Positions 59,369 to 64,000 of a stretch of 64,000 nucleotides of DNA are shown here, in pieces. The notes beneath the pieces are model-generated. The model was not told the DNA's origin and did not search any database. It saw nothing but the letters and a program-made list of their open reading frames with translations. The number at the start of each line of letters is the position of its first letter. The first letter of the stretch is position 1. This stretch comes from an uncultured Lachnospiraceae bacterium (GTDB lineage: Bacteria > Bacillota > Clostridia > Lachnospirales > Lachnospiraceae). Location: assembly GCA_910585605.1 (NCBI GenBank), contig CAJUFL010000011.1, positions 3,313 to 67,312 on the forward strand, in the 5' to 3' direction. A program made the translations under genes and the position numbers.

Positions 59369-59794
59369 TCAGCTTTTTTTCCTAAACTGATATTTACACT
59401 TCGGACATGTTACCATAATCTTTCCTTTTCCTTTCGGAATCCGTATTTTCTGTCCGCATTTTCTGCACTTATATATCCTGTATGGATCTGCTGTCTGTTT
59501 CCCATATTTAATACGATATCTGACTTTGGCAAAAAAGTTGCGAATCCCCCATGTGGAATCTAAAAACTTCTGATTCTGTGCATATCTTTTATTGATATTT
59601 TTAGAAAAAATCCTTATATACGCATAAACAAGCAAGACCCAACAGATAATCTGCAAAAACGGTATTCTAATAAACATAGCAGCAAGTGCCAGAATAACCG
59701 CTGACCATATCATGAAATTGGATAACTGGTCTACCCCATATCTCCCCTTCATAAATTGTAACATTCTCTGCTTAATCCCTGTTTTCTGATTCAT
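59369..59794 (-). CDS. Membrane-anchored zinc-ribbon protein
   Basis: Two TM helices, then CRKCGQKIRIPKGKGKIMVTCPKCKYQF (CxxC-x17-CxxC). The start is uncertain (ATG 59794 preferred, track start 59824). Confidence 0.6.
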   Translation of the reverse strand: MNQKTGIKQRMLQFMKGRYGVDQLSNFMIWSAVILALAAMFIRIPFLQIICWVLLVYAYIRIFSKNINKRYAQNQKFLDSTWGIRNFFAKVRYRIKYGKQTADPYRIYKCRKCGQKIRIPKGKGKIMVTCPKCKYQFRKKS

Positions 59795-60073
59795 TCCGGA
59801 ACACCCCTTTATACTAATAATCATCCACTATATACCACTTTTGTGTCTATTTTATGTCTTTTTAATACCTCAATATAATCTTTTTGTTTTCCTGAATTTT
59901 TATGCTGATTTGTAATATTTTATTCTGCTTATTTTTACTCCCATTCTGCCATCTTACGACATTCCGGTTTTGTCCTTATATACAACAATACTTTTTTATC
60001 TACACATATCAAATATATGTCCCTGTTGTCAAATACCCGATTTTGACAACAAAATCAATTATCCTGTAAACGT

Positions 60074-60115
60074 AAAAAATCCCGGAACCTTACAACCATC
60101 AAAGTTCCGGGATTT
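60074..60115 (-). terminator. Rho-independent terminator after tRNA-Gly
   Basis: On the minus strand, AAATCCCGGAAC, 15-nt loop, GTTCCGGGATTT, followed by TTT (a 6-nt U-run counting the last three stem bases). The stem begins 11 nt after the tRNA 3' end. Confidence 0.75.
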
Positions 60116-60125
60116 CATAATAAAG

Positions 60126-60197
<72 letters not shown>

Positions 60198-60217
60198 ATG
60201 TCTTAACGACAGGTATT

Positions 60218-60246
60218 AATATATCAAATTCAGAAATATTTGTCAA
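60218..60246 (-). promoter_or_regulatory. Sigma-A-type promoter for tRNA-Gly
   Basis: On the minus strand, TTGACA (60246-60241), 17-nt spacer, TATATT (60223-60218), about 20 nt upstream of the mature tRNA 5' end. Confidence 0.55.
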
Positions 60247-60306
60247 TAATAAATTTCACTTTTTTTGAAAAAAATACAAATAAATATTTTTTACTTTTTT
60301 CAAATC

Positions 60307-60756
60307 TTATTTTACCAATTTACTTCCTGCCTTCGGATATACCTGATAATCCTCTGTAATCCCTCCATAATATACCTCTACCTTATTCTTATTAGAATCT
60401 AAAGTATAGTAAAAGCATCTTTTATCAACATCAAACTCATTGCCATCTGCATCTTTTTTTGACTTTCCTTTTATATCAGTAACACCTAATGTATCATATA
60501 CCTCTTTTTTAAAATCACTGCCATCCATATCAGATACCGGCTGTGGCGTTGCATGCTCTACCGCATTGTCTCTAACGTTGTCATTCACCACACAAGACAT
60601 AATCGCCATTGCAATTTCTCTCCCCATATTTACATCCGTACTAAGTCTTGATTTATGTATATATTTTATTAAAGCCGGTGTTAATACCCCTGCCAATATA
60701 GCCATAATAGCAATTACAATAATCAATTCAACCATTGAAAATCCTTTATTTTTCAT
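60307..60756 (-). CDS. Type IV pilin/pseudopilin-like protein (prepilin N-terminal cleavage/methylation domain)
   Basis: MKNKGFSMVELIIVIAIMAILAGVL is a class-III signal peptide, with G at -1, E at +5 and a hydrophobic helix. Start set at ATG 60756 (GGGGAG RBS). Confidence 0.8.
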   Translation of the reverse strand: MKNKGFSMVELIIVIAIMAILAGVLTPALIKYIHKSRLSTDVNMGREIAMAIMSCVVNDNVRDNAVEHATPQPVSDMDGSDFKKEVYDTLGVTDIKGKSKKDADGNEFDVDKRCFYYTLDSNKNKVEVYYGGITEDYQVYPKAGSKLVK

Positions 60757-60915
60757 ATACACTCCCCATTAAAGAAAACTTGCTCAAGTCTTCTTTTCAC
60801 TCATCAATCATATCCTTATCAAACTACAAAGCAACCTATAAAATAGCATTTTACAACAGCCACCAGGATCATAGGAACATGACCCTGGCACTGCCTGCAA
60901 ATCAACAATAGAATA

Positions 60916-63015
60916 TTATAAAGCCACCATATCAAAACTTAACCGCTTAATCGTCTGCAACGTCTTCTCACGAACTTCTTCTGCTTCAAAAGCAGACAGT
61001 AAAGAATCTTTATCAAATTTGTTCTGCATCAGATATTCAATCCAGTCCTCGATATAATTCTTCACATATTCAACATTTTCTTCTCTCCGGTCTCTAAGAT
61101 AATCTTCAATATGGTTAATATGGTCAATCACCGTAAGATCACTACTCTTACTGCTTACCGGCTTACCATCTGATTCATCCGAAAGTTCAATGACCTTGCC
61201 AGTCTTAGTGATAATAACTCTTTTATTTGGCGTAGACTCTGGTACAACCTTCTTGTCTTTTCGTGCAATCAATATTTCTACAACTTTAATCAGACAAGCC
61301 ACACTATATGTGCATTCTTCTTCTGTCCTTTTCTCTTTTCCTTTATCCTTATACTGATTCCACAACCACTCAGATTTACATAACATTTCTTCTATCTGCA
61401 AATTACTGAACATACGGTTTAATTCAGGATTCACAACCGGAGCCACGGTCTTACCAAATCCAAATTTGGGAACTGATACTGCTTCCTGTTTATTTTGCTC
61501 ATATTTGGAAGGTACACTAACTTTTGTATAAGTATCCTGAAACATCTTTTTAGCTCTTTCCATATCATAATTTGAACTGATAATAGGTAGATTCTTATTA
61601 TTCAGTCCATGCCGCACCATATCGTCCGCCGCCAGGAAAATCAGATGCTTCTGTCTGTCTTCCAAAAGCTTCTTAATCTCATAATTGGTTCTGCTCTTCT
61701 CCAGAATCGTATTCTTGCGGACTTTAAATGCCTTAATCTTTTCCTTAACACTAAAGAATAATTTAAGCAGTGATGGATTCGCATTTACATAATTACCAAT
61801 CCATGCAAGTTCCACATATTGGTGCTCTATACGATTGGATATCTCATATACATTATACCCATCAAAAACAACATTCAAAGTAGTATAAAGCATATCAAGA
61901 ATTTCATATTTTTCTTCCCATGAACGCGTAGACAAATCCTGATTTACAAGCTGTTTAATACCACACTCATGAAAGACCAGATTATATTCATACAAACCTT
62001 CAAATACATTGCTCTTATCACTAAGTGACGAACCCGCTCCAAGAATCTGTAGATTTTTCTTCATATTCGGCTCATCTTCAATGTATTTATAAACCTTTTT
62101 AACAAAAGCAGATACTTCTACCAAAAGACTGTCAATACGCTTATTATAAATATCTTGTTTGGAAATAGCTGAAATCACATTCCGACTTAAAACATTTGTA
62201 TACTGTGCACTATTACAATTCCTGATTAGTTCTTTGAAATTCTCATATACCTGCATATTATCAACCGGTATATATTCTGCATTCAACCCATAAAATTCAA
62301 ACGCCCTGTCATAATCCCCTTTACGGATATAAGAATTAAACAATCCCATACTAAACTGGATTTTATAATCATTCCCTACATGAGAATCCTCTACAAAATA
62401 ATCATACAAAACCTCCAGATTATTCAGATATGCCTCTGAATTTGACTCAGAAGGAGGTAAATCCATCTCCATTACTACTTTTATCAAATCCATATATCCC
62501 ATTACTGCTTTATCGTAAGTAGCCGGTCTGTCATCTGCATCCGCAATCTGGTAACAGGTATTGATCAATAAAGGTGCAACCCTTTCTCCAATCAGCCTCA
62601 TGGCCTCTCCAAAACAATCCAGCTGATATAAGTAAATAAGCCAGATACTGTATCGATATATACCTGTTGTGTTGATTATCGCATCCGTGTCAGACGGATC
62701 AATCTCCCCATATACAAATCTAAACAATGGCTCTATCCATTCTTCTATCTCATATCTACCCGGTCGTTTAATATTCTCATCTACAAATTCAGCTAATTCA
62801 TAAAGCTTTGTACACTGTGCCTTTACATCATCATCAACCAACATTGTAGATAAATCAAAATTGTGATCTTTTAAATAATCAATTACTAATGCATAAAATC
62901 CTTCTTCTACCTGCTCATTCAAAAAACGAATCAACATGCCTTTATTGGAAGATGCTGCAATAGATATAATATTTGTATCGTTACCCCGAGTAACATTTGC
63001 TGGCAAATTCTGCAT
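60916..63015 (-). CDS. Large hypothetical protein (699 aa), predicted mostly alpha-helical, no recognisable catalytic motif
   Basis: Uninterrupted 2.1-kb ORF with a strong AAGGAGG RBS 6 nt upstream of the ATG. No signal peptide, TM segment, Walker A or other motif that I can identify. Confidence 0.75.
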   Translation of the reverse strand: MQNLPANVTRGNDTNIISIAASSNKGMLIRFLNEQVEEGFYALVIDYLKDHNFDLSTMLVDDDVKAQCTKLYELAEFVDENIKRPGRYEIEEWIEPLFRFVYGEIDPSDTDAIINTTGIYRYSIWLIYLYQLDCFGEAMRLIGERVAPLLINTCYQIADADDRPATYDKAVMGYMDLIKVVMEMDLPPSESNSEAYLNNLEVLYDYFVEDSHVGNDYKIQFSMGLFNSYIRKGDYDRAFEFYGLNAEYIPVDNMQVYENFKELIRNCNSAQYTNVLSRNVISAISKQDIYNKRIDSLLVEVSAFVKKVYKYIEDEPNMKKNLQILGAGSSLSDKSNVFEGLYEYNLVFHECGIKQLVNQDLSTRSWEEKYEILDMLYTTLNVVFDGYNVYEISNRIEHQYVELAWIGNYVNANPSLLKLFFSVKEKIKAFKVRKNTILEKSRTNYEIKKLLEDRQKHLIFLAADDMVRHGLNNKNLPIISSNYDMERAKKMFQDTYTKVSVPSKYEQNKQEAVSVPKFGFGKTVAPVVNPELNRMFSNLQIEEMLCKSEWLWNQYKDKGKEKRTEEECTYSVACLIKVVEILIARKDKKVVPESTPNKRVIITKTGKVIELSDESDGKPVSSKSSDLTVIDHINHIEDYLRDRREENVEYVKNYIEDWIEYLMQNKFDKDSLLSAFEAEEVREKTLQTIKRLSFDMVAL

Positions 63016-63230
63016 TGTAACTCCTCCTTAATACTTACATTTTGTGTGAATTAAATAAATTACACCTCATTAATTTTAATATTATCACAATATTGACTGA
63101 TTTACAACTGGATTTTATTCTGTTTTCAGCTATTATTACAGATGTGCCTGTACATTTTGTACAAATCTATGTTCATTCCCCCAAAACATCCCCAATTATT
63201 TACAAAAAATTATGTCTATTTTATATAAAT

Positions 63231-63419
63231 CTACTTATCATCATCACCTTTTAAGTCTTTTATCAAAAATACAATGCCAATTCCCAAAAATAATAATCCA
63301 AATATAATTGCTGCAATTCCTAATCCTTTTTTGGAAATTACCATTAAAGCAATACCTGCTATCATCATTAATACTGCACATACAAAAAAATTTTTTGTTA
63401 CCTCTTTTATTTTATTCAT
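63231..63419 (-). CDS. Small two-TM membrane protein (hypothetical)
   Basis: 62-aa ORF with two hydrophobic helices and a charged tail (KDLKGDDDK). A weak AAAGGG lies upstream. Confidence 0.4.
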   Translation of the reverse strand: MNKIKEVTKNFFVCAVLMMIAGIALMVISKKGLGIAAIIFGLLFLGIGIVFLIKDLKGDDDK

Positions 63420-63577
63420 TCCAAAACCCTTTCTAATTCAATTAAATATTTTGAATAGCAATAATCATTATCACATATAATATCTAAAATAGCAAATAAG
63501 AATTGCTTTTTCCCCTTTTCCGTATTAAAATAAATATAACTATTCACCCAGTATATATTATAAATAAGGAGATCATT

Positions 63578-64000
63578 ATGGCAAAGAATAAGAATACTTT
63601 TGGTAAGCTTCTTGCTTTCACGACTACCATAGCCGCAATCGGAGGAGCCTGTTATATCTTCCGTGATAAGATTAAACAAAGTTCGATTTATAAGCTTTCT
63701 GCCGATAAGTTTAACGACATTTACGACAAATTTTCCAATAAAGTCTGTACTCCTGAAGAAGATGATTTTTTCTTTGATGATGATTTTGAAGAACCTTTCT
63801 CTGAAGATTCAAAAAATGAGCGGGAATATACTTCTATCACGATTAATCCAAAAGAAGATACTTCTGATGAGGCGCCTGACAAAGTTTCTGCTTCATCAAA
63901 AGATTCCTTCGAAGATGAAACACCTGATGATTTTTCATCAACTGAGGATTCCATTCCCACCATCAGCTTTCATTCTGTAACAGAACCGGTGACTTTGTCA
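63578..64000 (+). CDS. Hypothetical membrane-anchored acidic protein, N-terminal fragment (runs off window end)
   Basis: Absent from the ORF track because it is open-ended. ATG 63578 lies 6 nt after AAGGAG. My translation is MAKNKNTFGKLLAFTTTIAAIGGACYIFRDKIK... (one TM helix), then a D/E/S-rich region, open to position 64000 in frame. Confidence 0.55.
   Translation, partial: MAKNKNTFGKLLAFTTTIAAIGGACYIFRDKIKQSSIYKLSADKFNDIYDKFSNKVCTPEEDDFFFDDDFEEPFSEDSKNEREYTSITINPKEDTSDEAPDKVSASSKDSFEDETPDDFSSTEDSIPTISFHSVTEPVTLS

Noticed and set aside
63416-63980. Track ORFs 63416-63679 (-), 63663-63980 (+) and 63721-63963 (-)
   Set aside because: They overlap, in other frames, the open-ended plus-strand ORF starting at ATG 63578. 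That ORF has a consensus AAGGAG RBS and a sensible structure of a TM helix plus an acidic domain. The three track ORFs lack an RBS and have odd composition.

Overview
This 64-kb segment looks like the chromosome of a low-GC, endospore-forming, probably motile Firmicute. The gene content suggests Clostridia, possibly Lachnospiraceae, but that cannot be proven from this window. Most genes are housekeeping genes on the minus strand. They include a compact dcw cell-division cluster (mraZ-rsmH-ftsL-2xPBP-mraY-murD-ftsW-murA-like-ftsQ-ftsZ) running straight into spoIIGA-sigE-sigG. Arginine genes are present (argC-argB, argG, argD, argH), as are NAD genes (nadA-nadB-nadC) and glycogen genes (glgB, glgA). 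Also present are serS, lgt, ychF, yebC, cotJ, two OmpR/histidine-kinase pairs, an MCP, comEA, a comEC fragment and one tRNA-Gly(GCC). I found no CRISPR array, rRNA, transposase, integrase or phage genes. The most unusual locus is a very AT-rich three-gene insert (12.07-14.26 kb) between argG and a kinase gene. It encodes a signal-peptide-less HExxH zincin fused to a WXG100/LXG-like helical N-domain, followed by two tightly packed small ORFs, one of them a lipoprotein. This is the layout of a polymorphic toxin with immunity genes, but no secretion machinery is visible here. Other candidates for follow-up: an orphan 699-aa protein beside an orphan type IV pilin-like gene; a module of a J-protein with a cysteine-string-like tail, DUF5685 and a zinc-ribbon membrane protein; a promoter-plus-terminator leader ahead of argH; and a five-fold GTGGT operator array phased at 10 bp upstream of mraZ. 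All functional calls rest on motifs read by eye. No database search or structure prediction was run.
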